From Macrostomum lignano (Eukaryota), in the NCBI GenBank assembly GCA_002269645.1, contig NIVC01001868.1, positions 124,001 through 188,000 on the forward strand: 64,000 bases of DNA, given 5' to 3'. The position numbers and the translations under genes were made by a program. The notes below the pieces were generated by a model. It was not told the origin of the DNA. It saw only the letters and a program-made list of their open reading frames with translations, and did no database searches. Of the stretch, positions 10,404 through 21,863 are shown piece by piece. Positions within the stretch are counted from its first letter, which is position 1. Each line of letters opens with the position of its first letter.

Positions 10404-10476
10404 GTTCCCACACAGGTACACTGGTTCCCACACAGGCACACTGGTTCCCACACAGGTACACTGGTTCCCACACAGG
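10404..10476. repeat. 20 bp minisatellite, right remnant after the LTR insertion
   Basis: Same unit as 4999-5871 resumes in register after the TSD. Confidence 0.95.
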
Positions 10477-10608
10477 TCCTTCGCTGGTTCTTCTCTGGGC
10501 ATCTTATAAGTTCTATCAGCCTCCGCACGCGCGAACCCCTCAATGCCATGCTCGTATTTATTTCGCACTCGCTCACCGCCCCGCTGTATCCGCCGCCCGC
10601 CCACGCAG

Positions 10609-10692
10609 GGCGCGGATCAGATGATTCTGAAGATGCCCGTAGTTCGAGCCGGCCGTCGTCCGCAGCCAACCGGCAACAATCACTACGTGTGA
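10609..10692 (+). CDS. SHB-family SH2 adaptor, last coding exon
   Basis: Not in the ORF track. Acceptor CCCACGCAG| at 10608, then GADQMILKMPVVRAGRRPQPTGNNHYV*, which completes LPIK-GAEHxxLxxPV of SHB-type SH2 domains. AATAAA at 10710. Joined CDS is 1620 nt (539 aa). Confidence 0.8.
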   Translation, partial: GADQMILKMPVVRAGRRPQPTGNNHYV

Positions 10693-11340
10693 ATCGGATT
10701 GAATGGCCCAATAAAGAATTTGTGAGAATGATTATTAACCCAAACGTCACTGCTGAAGCTGTTGCTTTGGCTCTGTCTGTTCTGTAAACCGATCTCCTGA
10801 TTAGTTTTACCTCAGTCCCAACTCCAACTGTTTAGTAGGTTTTATACAATCGTTTTTTAGTGCGAGTTTCGCGTCACATTTGAAATTTGATGTGTTTGTT
10901 TTTTTGTTTGAACGCGCCAGTCACGGTTTTTCCACTGGCTGATTTATTTTAACTCTTAATGTTTAATCTTCCGCACAGATTATTAAGCTTTACTGTGCAA
11001 TGACCAGGAGATGCTAGTTAACTTTAACTCCGGTTATAGTAAGCTGGCTTTGCAATTCTTATTATCTATTTCTAATAATGCTTATCTGGTTTTAGTCTAT
11101 CTGTGTGTTGTCGATATGAGCAATCTAATATACATACGTATGCATAAACACTATTAATTTGTTCTCTGGCACGCTTAACTCATTGTCTCATACCGTTAAT
11201 TTGCCTGCATTTGTTGCTGTCTCTCGGATTTCAGTATCAAATTTGTGCTCGCGTCCACTTGCATTCTACTCTTATTATTTAATTATATTTACTTCTCCTG
11301 GACTGCTGCAATTGATTTAGAATTCTTTATTCATATAGTA

Positions 11341-12104
11341 TTTTTGCAAGCTTTTTGATATTATGACCAAGAGATTTAATAATCAGTGGGGAACCCCAGC
11401 GCTAAATGATAGATTTCTCTGTACTCTATGGTCCAAACCTGGGATAATCCGAGCACTCATTATTGATTATTGGATTATTAACCGAGTTGAGCAGCTCCTC
11501 GATGAATATAGGTCAGTGTCTGGCTCATGATCTTATGGTGAACCAGGCCAAGATCCGGTGAAACCTCCTGGATGATTTTCATCAACATTCTCGGGCGAAA
11601 TCAGTGAGCCACTGGGCGAATTCCTGCCTCTTTGCTATGTTCTCTGGCGAGTTCCGAACCACGGACATGTCCGCATCTCTTCCAAGCACAACAAAGTGAT
11701 TAACTGCTTGTCTAGACTTTTGCTTATTGTGGCTTCAGTCAAGATCACTCAAGACCATGGTGTTTCGCAAAATTTTTTGCGTCAACAGTGGATCTTTTCG
11801 TAGGAGCCACGGTGCTGGCATGATCTTGCTCTTCTAGCGCTTCATCAGCAGTGACAAAGCTTTCTCCGTCTTCTTCCAAAAGCTCGCTGGCTTCGTAGTC
11901 TTCTACCATGTTGAATGCGTGCATCTTTGCAGCCAATGCGACACAGGTAACACTGCCCTGGAACTGACTAATTGGATTACTAAATTGCTTGCTCCAAAGC
12001 CCATGGTTTGTACCATAGAGTACTGAGAAATCTATTTTTAGCAATGCGTTTCCCCACTGATTATTAAATTGCTTGCTCTTAATATCAAGCGGCTTGCAAA
12101 AAGC
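11341..12104. repeat. Diverged ~100 bp inverted repeat pair (11341-11443 / 12001-12104), possibly an old non-autonomous DNA element
   Basis: TTTTTGCAAG...GATATT...ATTTAATAATCAGTGGGGAA...ATAGATTTCTC.GTACTCTATGGT.CAAACC is present on + at 11341 and on - at 12104. Confidence 0.65.
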
Positions 12105-12587
12105 TATAATAGTACGCGTATATCTATTCATAATGGTAGTTGCTATGGCCCACCAGTCTTACCTGTATTTCTTAATTAGGCCAAGTTAGCTTATAAAATA
12201 GCTTTCAAATCGAATCGAGTAATGCGATTTTTTGTACCTGTAATTAATTACCTGCAATTTTCTATTTAATTACGGTCTGCTATAATATTACGAGTAATTG
12301 TGATAGCTTTAACTATAAAATGCGGAGTTTTTTAAACTGCCTAAATAACCGCCTCAGTGAGACCGCCTTCTTGTAGATTTTTCACCAATAAGCATTGGAA
12401 TTGCCGTTCTCTGCTCCCCCATGCTCACCTTTCTCAGACAGATTATTAACACTTTGTTTTTTATTATTTTATTTGTTTCATTTGCATGTGCTAGACTGCA
12501 ACTTTTTTAACTTGGTGGTTGTTTTACCTGCAAAGTTCCTTTCAATGATTGGGATTTGTTGTGGTTCTGTTACTTAGCCAAATTGCA

Positions 12588-13548
12588 CTGACACCCCAAT
12601 ACCCCTTCCACAGGTATCGGATCTGACTGACACCCCAATACCCCTTCCACAGGTATCGGATCTGACTGACACCCCAATACCCCTTCCACAGGTATCGGAT
12701 CTGACTGACACCCCAATACCCCTTCCACAGGTATCGGATCTGACTGACACCCCAATACCCCTTCCACAGGTATCGGATCTAACTGACACCCCAATACCCC
12801 TTCCACAGGTATCGGATCTGACTGACACCCCAATACCCCTTCCACAGGTATCGGATCTGACTGACACCCCAATACCCCTTCCACAGGTATCGGATCTGAC
12901 TGACACCCCAATACCCCTTCCACAGGTATCGGATCTGACTGACACCCCAATACCCCTTCCACAGGTATCGGATCTGACTGACACCCCAATACCCCTTCCA
13001 CAGGTTTCGGATCTGACACCCCAATACCCCTTCCACAGGTTTCGGATCTGACACCCCAATACCCCTTCCACAGGTATCGGATCTGACTGACACCCCAATA
13101 CCCCTTCCACAGGTATCGGATCTAACTGACACCCCAATACCCCTTCCACAGGTATCGGATCTGACTGACACCCCAATACCCCTTCCACAGGTATCGGATC
13201 TGACTGACACCCCAATACCCCTTCCACAGGTATCGGATCTGACTGACACCCCAATACCCCTTCCACAGGTATCGGATCTGACTGACACCCCAATACCCCT
13301 TCCACAGGTTTCGGATCTGACTGACACCCCAATACCCCTTCCACAGGTATCGGATCTGACTGACACCCCAATACCCCTTCCACAGGTTTCGGATCTGACA
13401 CCCCAATACCCCTTCCACAGGTTTCGGATCTGACACCCCAATACCCCTTCCACAGGTATCGGATCTGACTGACACCCCAATACCCCTTTCACAGATATTA
13501 GATAAGACACCCCAGTACCCCTTTCACGGGTATCGGATCAGACACCCT
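12588..13548. repeat. 39 bp minisatellite (CTGACACCCCAATACCCCTTCCACAGGTATCGGATCTGA), with 35 bp variants
   Basis: About 25 tandem units. Confidence 0.97.
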
Positions 13549-16500
13549 AACCCACTATACGTGTAATATGGATTAAGCGGTTAAGATAGCTTATAGATAA
13601 GGAGGTTGGTTATACAGTCTGTCATGTAACTTGTATGTTGTCTATTTTTTGTGTTGTTTTGTAATATCAATGTAATTACTATTCAAAGAATAGAAATATA
13701 GTTATTATTAATCATTTCTTTTTTTACTTTACTATTTCTGGTCTACATTCTTACAAGAGAGATCATATTTAATATTCTCGTACATTATTATTATTTAATA
13801 TTCTATGCTTTCTTACCAACGGAAATGTACTGCGATTGCGTCATCAAGTAACGGCAACGAACACTTGGGGTTATTATTATTGCTTCGAACTTTTTGTTTA
13901 CTGGTTTATTTTTTATTTTGATGCCTTTTTATTAGCATTCCCAAAGGCTGCAGTCAATCAATTTAGCATGCTATAAGCATACTATACTACTACTAGTCTG
14001 TCGACTTGTGCACACTTGGAGTTTATTTAAGAGTGCAGCGACTAAATTTATTCGCTTTTCTGTAGCTTATAATCTCATTATTATTAATATTACTATTGGT
14101 CTTTTGTCACCGCGCTTCGCTTTTGCAACTTTCAATCATGGGCAGAGAGGTATTTAAACTATTAAACTAAGCAAATAATTGCGCCTCCTAATCAAGTAAT
14201 TCATGACCGCTGTTGTCATTTGATTTCATTTCTATTGCTAAGCAAATTGCTTGAAAGAAGCAACAACCGGTAGAGTTCCGATGCGTAATTCTCAGTCAGC
14301 AAATAAACGATAAAAATTTATTCGGCTTCAAATTTTAATATATTTAAATATAGGCTTAGACTTGCGCTTCTGCCGCCTTCTAAGAAAACACGTTGATATA
14401 ATAAACTGTTGTGTTTGGTTGGTTGTTTCTAATAAAATCAGGTCCAGCTGCTTATGGGCTGGTCCAGACCCTAGTTACCGGCAGCTTTTGCTCCATCAGC
14501 CTGTATCATTAGCTTAGAAAAGATTAAGCTTCTTTGAGCTGAAAAATTGCCGATTTCTAGGGTCTTAAACCGTTCAAGCCCGAGATCGGAGGGTAAGAAG
14601 GTAAAAAAAGAGGAGGTATACAATACAGGATGCTCCATCGATGTCGAGTAGCCCTTACACCGGCAGCTCAGCAAGTTCATTGCTGCTTAGTTGTCGATGC
14701 TAGGGCTACTCTAGTCGGTTAATAATAGTTCCGTACAATAATGTAATAATCGCCAGCCGATTTAGGCGTTGCGATACAGCTCTTGATCAGGCAGCACGAT
14801 GGTGTGTATACGTACTCAAAATATACGTATGTACTCGTCCGAGTGAACAAGTCTTCGGGATGCCTAACAAAGAGCCGGTATCGACTTTCAATCTCTGCTA
14901 ATTAGAGAGAACGCCTTTAATTCGTTAAAAAGCAACAGGCCAGAACAAAATGAGAGTGTAAACTTACATTTGCCAGAGTTCACACTGGGTTGGCACAAAA
15001 TTAACCATGTTTTACTCACTCTAAATGTATGGGGGGCTTGATGCGGAAATGCCTGGAAAATGCATATACACTGTCTGGAAGTGAAACAGGCAGAAAGCCG
15101 ACTTGATTTCTCGGTGCAAGGGGGACCAGCAGGCTTGGATAAAACTGAAATAAGTTAAAAACATTAGAGAGGCGGCGGCAGCGGCGGCAGAGCTTTAAGA
15201 AGTGAGAGGCCCCCTAAATATTTCCAGCGGAATGACGCCCCACCCCAACCCCCCCCCCAACCCAGCCACCCCATACTCTCGGCGCAGACACGCACTGTTC
15301 TTGTACCCAGCTGCGTAAAACTCTCCAAACTGGACCAGCCAATAGGAATGCGGCCAGACGGCGATCAGCTGTTCAAAGCGTGCACACGGCACGGCGTGTC
15401 GGATGGCCAACCCCCCTCTAGCCCCCGCCTCTCGCCAACACGTTGCGTATTGCAATCATGGACCTGGCTAATAATTGAATTTCAACGATTTTTTGTCCTT
15501 ATTTCTGCAATCTGGATCAAATTGAGCCCAGCACGTTGCTAAATTAGCCTGATGACTGATAATTTCTTGATTTTGTTTTGACTAGTCTCAGTTCAGTCCT
15601 ACACAACTCCCCCACTAAAATGCGTGGTCAGGACTTAAAAAAGTCTCAAGTGTACATTGGGGGCGGAGGTCTGAGTGTTAAGTGGGCGTACCAACAACAG
15701 TGTACAGTTCATCTCCCACCCGAGGCAGGCGGGCAAGTGCGCGCGGAGAAGAGCCCACAGAGTTCTGGCTATGGGCCTCGCGGGTTTAGTTAGCTTTAGC
15801 TCGCAGTAAAAGACCGCCGCCACTGACGTCTGCAACTCGCGTGTTTGTCCTGTGTCGGCTCTCACTTCTCGATTGCGCGTGTGAACAGATAGCTAGGAAA
15901 TCCGATTGGGACAGTATCACAGATAGATGCTGTAATAGATAGATGCTGTAATAGTATAGGTGACAGTATCACCTCTACTATAGCCTAACAGATTTTTCAT
16001 TGCGCACGCTTTGCTCGCTAAGTCGCGACGGCCCGGCCCCAGAGCTATTCAAAAGTTTAAAGTACAAAGGGCATAACATATATAACAGCAGAATTACATA
16101 GGAAAGAGCTGATTGGAAGTTTAAAAAATTCTTTAAACTGCTTTTTATTAGCTAGCTTGGGCCTTTCGCTTTGAGAACTGAAGGAAGGCCCCAGTTCAGT
16201 AAGACTACACGCATGCATTGACCGAGTGACTCTTGACTTGACTGCCTAGCAGGTCCTACCCTACTCAATGTGCTCTACCCCGTTCATGGCAACTGGTATA
16301 CACACAGCAGGCCACTGAGGATGGGCAGTTGGCTTTAGCCTGAATAAATTCTCTACATGCATGCATGGTCGAGTTCTACTCGTATGTACATGCTGTACAT
16401 AGCCCAAATTGTGATTATCTGTGCAACTGCGAGGCTCGGGACTATAGGAGAAGAGTAAATCGCCTGTTTCCTTGCCAGGCAGGCAGTCTTCCTATGCGTT

Positions 16501-16770
16501 CTCTTCTACTCTCTTTCTCTCCTCCTCTTGCGCTTTCTGCAACTGTTGCTATTGCTGCTGCTGCTTACGGGGAGCGTGCGTGCTTTGCTGCACGGGTGTT
16601 GGACTGGGTTTGGCCAGTCGGCGCGGGGTACTGACTGGCTGTAGACTGCTTGAAGTAGCGGCACATTCGGTGCAATATTTAACATGTCGTCGCATGTTGC
16701 TTGTATTATATAGGGGCTACACTGGCATCGTTAAATGATAATCTTAACTTCCCGTAACTTCCTGTAAAAA

Positions 16771-17658
16771 ATCTTTTAGGCCATGTAGAGTTTAGGTCTC
16801 ATGAAAGTGGATGCTTAGATCTTTTAGGCCATGTGGAGTCTAGGTCTCATGAAGGTGGATGCTTAGATCTTTTAGGCCAGGTGGAGTTTAGGTCTCATGA
16901 AAGTGGATGCTTAGATCTTTTAGGCATGTGGAGTTTAGGTCTCATGAAAGTGGATGCTTAGATCTTTTAGGCCATGTGGAGTTTAGGTCTCATGAAAGTG
17001 GATGCTTAGATCTTTTAGGCATGTGGAGTTTAGGTCTCATGAAAGTGAATGCTTAGATCTTTTAGGCCATGTGGAGTTTAGGTCTCATGAAAGTGGATGC
17101 TTAGATCTTTTAGGCCATGTGGAGTTTAGGTCTCATGAAAGTGGATGCTTAGATCTTTTAGGCATGTGGAGTTTAGGTCTCATGAAAGTGGATGCTTAGA
17201 TCTTTTAGGCCATGTGGAGTTTAGGTCTCATGAAAGTGGATGCTTAGATCTTTTAGGCCATGTGGAGTTTAGGTATCATGAAAGTGGATGCTTAGATCTT
17301 TTAGGCCATGTGGAGTTTAGGTATCATGAAAGTGGATGCTTAGATCTTTTAGGCATGTGGAGTTTAGGTCTCATGAAAGTGGATGCTTAGATCTTTTAGG
17401 CCATGTGGAGTTTAGGTATCATGAAAGTGGATGCTTAGATCTTTTAGGCCATGTGGAGTTTAGGTCTCATGAAAGTGGATGCTTAGATCTTTTAGGCCAT
17501 GTGGAGTTTAGGTATCATGAAAGTGGATGCTTAGATCTTTTAGGCCATGTGGAGTTTAGGTCTCATGAAAGTGGATGCTTAGATCTTTTAGGCCATGTGG
17601 AGTTTAGGTCTCGTGAAAGTGGATGCTTTAACCTTTTTGGCCATGTGGAGTTTAGGTC
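16771..17658. repeat. 48 bp minisatellite (GCCATGTGGAGTTTAGGTCTCATGAAAGTGGATGCTTAGATCTTTTAG)
   Basis: About 18 tandem units, some 47 bp. Confidence 0.97.
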
Positions 17659-17795
17659 ATGTCCTTTCCTTAACATATTGAGCTGTAAACAGCAAATTCA
17701 AAACAAAATGGTATTAGCTCGAATCCAAGTTTGCAAGAATTCTTCTTCTTCTTCTTCTTCGGGCGTGCTCGGGCCAGGGCCCATGGCACCGGGCG

Positions 17796-20700
17796 TCAGA
17801 TGGCGCCCGCCTTCCCGAGGAAGTTCAACACCGCGACGCAGTTCTCGAAAACTGCCGCGGGCTCCGGGCTTGGCCCCCAGAGGCGGCAGCGGTGTGATGT
17901 CAGGGCGGGGCAGGAGATCAGCAGATGGGCCGCCGTCTCCTCTCCATCGCCACAGAAGCGGCAGGTGGGGGCCACGTCAACGCCGATGGCGGCCTGGAAG
18001 CCCCGCAGGGCCGGGCAGCGGTCGGCGCGCAGCTGGCAGATCAGCCGCTCCTGCCGCCGCGTGAGGTCGCTTGTCGGCTGAGGCGGCAGGCGGCCCGCCG
18101 TGCAGGCAAGGTGCCAGGCAAGCGAGCTCGTGCTCGCCGCCTCGGTGGCCGCCGCGTTGTAGATCTGGTGCCAGCGGGCGAGGCAGTAGCGGCGGACGGC
18201 AGCCTGCGCGGCATCTAGCGGGACGGGCGCGGTGCCTTGCGCCAGCGTGGTGCCTTGCTTGGCGATCTCGTCCACGGCCTCGTTGCCTGGGATTCCCGCG
18301 TGGCCAGGCACCCACTGCAGGTGGACCGAGGTTCCCCGGGCCGCGAGGTCGGCGAGGCTGCCCCAGACGGCGTCGATCATGGTGGCGCCCGTCGACCCGG
18401 GGCCGGACGCGAGCGCGCTAAGCGCGCTCAGGGAGTCGGAGCAGATGCGGACCGGCGACAGCTCTGCCGGGTCCGGGGCCGCGAGCACCCACCGAAGGGC
18501 CTCAGCGATGGCCACTAACTCGGCGTGGAAGCTGGACGTCACATGGCCAGCAGCGACGCACAGCGTCGTGTTGGGCTCGACCAGGACGCCACTGCCGCCG
18601 TCCAGGATGCCGTCCTTCGCCGCTCCGTCGGTCCAGATCACGGTGCTGGCGGGCGGCAGGGCGGCAAGTGTCTGCTGCGCCGCGGCTCTCCGGGCCTCCG
18701 GCAGGTCCCCCGCGAGGTTGGGGAGGCCAACTGCAGCCCGAGGGTGACAGAGTCCAGAACAGCCCAGGGAGGTGTCGTCGGGATAGCGTGGACGGGCTCT
18801 CGCGGGAAGCCGCTCAGGCCCGCAGCGCTGCATACACTGGCCGCCGTCTCGCGCCAGCCGCGGGCGCTTTGGAGGCGGCGGCGCGGGCCGACGCTGGCCG
18901 CGCAGGCGCGCAGCGGGTTGTCATGCGGCAGCCGGAGGGCGCGCTCGTGGAGGAGGCCAGCGTGCATCTCCGCGCGGACTGCCATCGGCGGCAATCCAGC
19001 CTCGCGCTCCAGCACCTCCGACCTGGTGTTCCGTGGACACCCGGTGATGATGCGCGCGCCCAGGCGCTGGGCCCGGTCCAGGTGGTCGATAGCTGTCCTG
19101 CAGGCCGTCGGCATCCAGGCGCCGGCAGCGTACTCCAGCACCGGCCGCACATAGGCCGTGTAGAGCTGGCGCACGTCGCTCTGCTTGGCGCCCCAGTTGC
19201 TGCCAGACAGCGCCGCCAGAACGCCGCAGCGGGCGCGGGCGCGGCCGGCGACGTTGGCGGCGTGCGCCGTGAAGCTGAGCAGCCGGTCCAGGATGACGCC
19301 GAGGAAGCGCGGCTGGCGGTCCGTCGAGAGCGGGGCGTCGTTCAGCCGCAGACGCAGCTCACGGCTGGCCTCTCCGGCGGTGGTGGTGAACAGGGAAGCG
19401 GCGCACTTGTTCGGCGCCAGCTCCATCCGCCACTCGTTCGCCCAGTCGGAGACCGCGTCGATCGCAGCCTGCGCCTTCGTCTCGGCCTCTTCCACGGTCA
19501 GGCCTTGCACTGCGATGGCCAGGTCGTCGGCGTAGAGGAACGGCGTGCAGTCGGACGGCAGGTGGTCAGGCAGGTCGTTGATGTACAGCGCAAAGAGCAG
19601 AGGGGCAAGGACACTCCCCTGTGGCAGGCCCTCGCGGAAGAGCCGCCAGCTGCTCAGCGCGCCGTCCACCCTGACGGCAGCGCGGCGATCGGCCAGGAAG
19701 CTGCTGACCCAGCGGACCCCGGCCGCTGGGATGCCGGCGTTGTGCAGCTTGTGCAGCAGGCCCTGCTTCCAGACGGTGTCGTACGCCCGCCGGAAGTCGA
19801 ACAGGACGACGACCGTCCGCCTGGCGGGGGCCGCCTGGTGGCCGTCGCTGATGAGCTGGGTGAGCCGGGCAATCTGGTCCTCGGTGCTGCGCCGCTTGCG
19901 GAAGCCGGCTTGGGCGGGGTGCAGCAGGTGCCGGGACTCGGCCCACCAGTAGAGCCGCGCTTGAACCAGACGCTCGGCCAGCTTGGCCAGAGTGGAGGTA
20001 AGGGCAATCGGCCGGTATGAGCCGATCTCGTCGGCCGGCTTGCCCTTCTTGAGGATCGGCACGATGTGGGCACGGCGCCACGCCGCGGGGACCTCCCCCT
20101 GGGTCCAGGACGCGTTGATCAGCTGCAGGACCGCCCGGCGGCCAGCGGCACCGAGGTGCTGCTGATGTTCAGCGCAGATCTCATCGGGTCCTGGGGCCTT
20201 CCTGGCCGGGAGGGAGTGGAGAGCCCTGTCCAGCTCGCGGTGCGAGAACGGCTTTCCAAAGTCTCTGCTCCCATGGCTGTCGGCGCCGGCTCGCGAAACG
20301 CTGCTGCGGAAGTTCTCGCGGCGGAGGTCTCGCGTCCTGCGGTCTTGCGGGAGGCGGCTGACGGAGGCATACTCACGGGCGTAGGCCTCGGCGATGTCCT
20401 TCGACTGGACGAGCGTCTTTTGGCCCACCCGGAGCGCTGCGTCCCGCTGCAGGTTGCTGTTTCTGCCGTCGAGGGAGCGGACAATTCTCCAGATCTTGGA
20501 GTGGTCGCTGTCAGCTGCCACCTCGCCGGCGAAGGTCCTCCAGCTCTCGCGTTTGGCGTCGGCGATCGTCTTCTTGGCGTCGGCACAGGCTCGATTCCAG
20601 GCAGGCCGCACGCTCGGGTCGGCGGCGGCGGCGGCCCACGCGGCGCGGCGAGCCTTCACGGCGTCGTCGACCTCTGGCGTCCACCAGGCCTTGGCGGAGG

Positions 20701-21712
20701 GCCGCGCCCCGCGAGGGACAGACGCCTTGTCGGCTTCCTGGATGGCCGTGGTCAGCTGCTGGTTGGCCTCGCTGACCGACTCGGGCGGGCAGGCCTCCCA
20801 GCCAGCCAGGGCTTCCTCGGTCCGGGCGCGGAAACTGGCCCAGTCCGCCTTCGCCCAGGACCGCCGGGCGGCGCCCCCGCGCTTGGCCGCGCCTCGGCTG
20901 TGGATGGTGATGCAGATCGGCAGGTGGTCCGAGCCGACGTCTCCCCGGACCTGCCACTCGGCCCGGTTGGCGAGCGACTTGTGGCACAGGCTGACGTCAG
21001 GCGCCGTCTGCCGGGTGTTGGCGCGGCGCGGCATGTGGGTGGCGCTGCCGTCGTTCAGGACGCGCATGCCGGACACCACGGACCACTCGAAGACCGCCGT
21101 GCCCAGGTCCGACTCTTCCGATTCGGGGTCCCAGGCTGGATGGTGCGCGTTCAGGTCGCCCAGGATCACCGTGTTGACGCCGGACGGGAGGTGCCGGGGG
21201 CTGAAGCGCTGCACGCGGTCGTCGCCTTCAGCCGTTCTGATCGGCGGGATGTAGAGGCAGTGGATGTCCAGGCTCTCGACGCTCTTTTCAGAGGGGAAAA
21301 CCCGGACGCCGGCCCACTCCGTGGTGACGTCATCGGGGGCGCAGGGGCGCTCCTGCAGCACCTCGAAGCGCAGCCCCTCGCGGATGACGATTGCAGCGCC
21401 TCCTCCGGGCGTGGGGCCGCCGGAGCGCCGGCCGCTCTGTCGGTGGCGCCAGATCGCGTTGAACCCCGGCAGGCGCGGATCCCGACCCTCGGTGGTGTGG
21501 GTCTCTTGCAGGCACGCCACGTCGATGCGCAGATCCAGCAGCAGCTTGCACAATTCGGGCATCTTGGAGGCGACGCCCTCTGCGTTGAGTTGCAGGAGGT
21601 GCAGGCTACTGGGGGGCCGCGCGCGCACGGGCCGCTGGGTCGGGGGGCGCCTCGCGCCGCCGGGGGCCCGCCGTTGAGGCTCGGCGGGCTGGTTCAGGCG
21701 TCGGCTAGTCAT
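17796..21712 (-). CDS. APE endonuclease - reverse transcriptase - RNase H - CCHC polyprotein, with one frameshift at ~18707-18711
   Basis: APE LLQLNAEG, CLQETH, LGDLNAHH, GSDHLP; RT KAPGPD, YRPIALTS, FDFRRAYDTV, GLPQGSVL, LYADDLA; RNase H WTDG, FHAEL, SDSLSAL, QWVPGHAGIPGNEAVD; CRFC-x8-H-x4-C. ORF-track pieces 18638-21712 and 17796-18833 join if the G5 run is read as G6 (TSRG-DLPE). Confidence 0.92.
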
Positions 21713-21795
21713 TTAATCGGCAGGTGGCCGCCAGATGCCAATTGGGCGGCGAAGAGACTGCGTCGCGGTGTGGGCCTCGGGAAAGGCCCGTTGCT

Positions 21796-21863
21796 GACCT
21801 GCATTTCGTGGGCCTTTCGGTCCTCCAGAGGGCACCTCGGGGAGGCGCAGGTCGTTGCTCTCC
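21796..21863 (-). ncRNA. HDV-like self-cleaving ribozyme candidate at the LINE 5' end
   Basis: P1 GGAGAGC/GCCCUCU (G1-U wobble, one A-C mismatch), P2 GACCUGC/GCAGGUC, P3 GCC/GGU, L3 UCCCCGA, P1.1 CC/GG, P4 GGACC-GAAA-GGCCC, J4/2 A-C-GAA with candidate catalytic C at 21808. Confidence 0.8.

Noticed and set aside
10383-10787. 134-aa ORF ending ...NPNVTAEAVALALSVL
   Set aside because: It starts in LTR and satellite sequence, and the real exon here (10609-10692) is in another frame and completes the SH2 domain.
12588-13548. Pyrimidine-CAG|GT motifs in satellite units as recursive splice sites (also in the 4999-5871 array)
   Set aside because: Donor halves (GTATCG, GTACAC) are weak, and this array lies downstream of the gene's last exon; no evidence without RNA data.
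15600-15890. Possible solo LTR (TGTT...AACA) and PPT-like GTGGGGGAG
   Set aside because: No matching TSD or second copy in the window.
21650-21720. 2A (DxExNPGP) peptide ahead of the intact LINE's APE
   Set aside because: Looked for because Ingi-type elements often have one; no NPGP motif in any frame.
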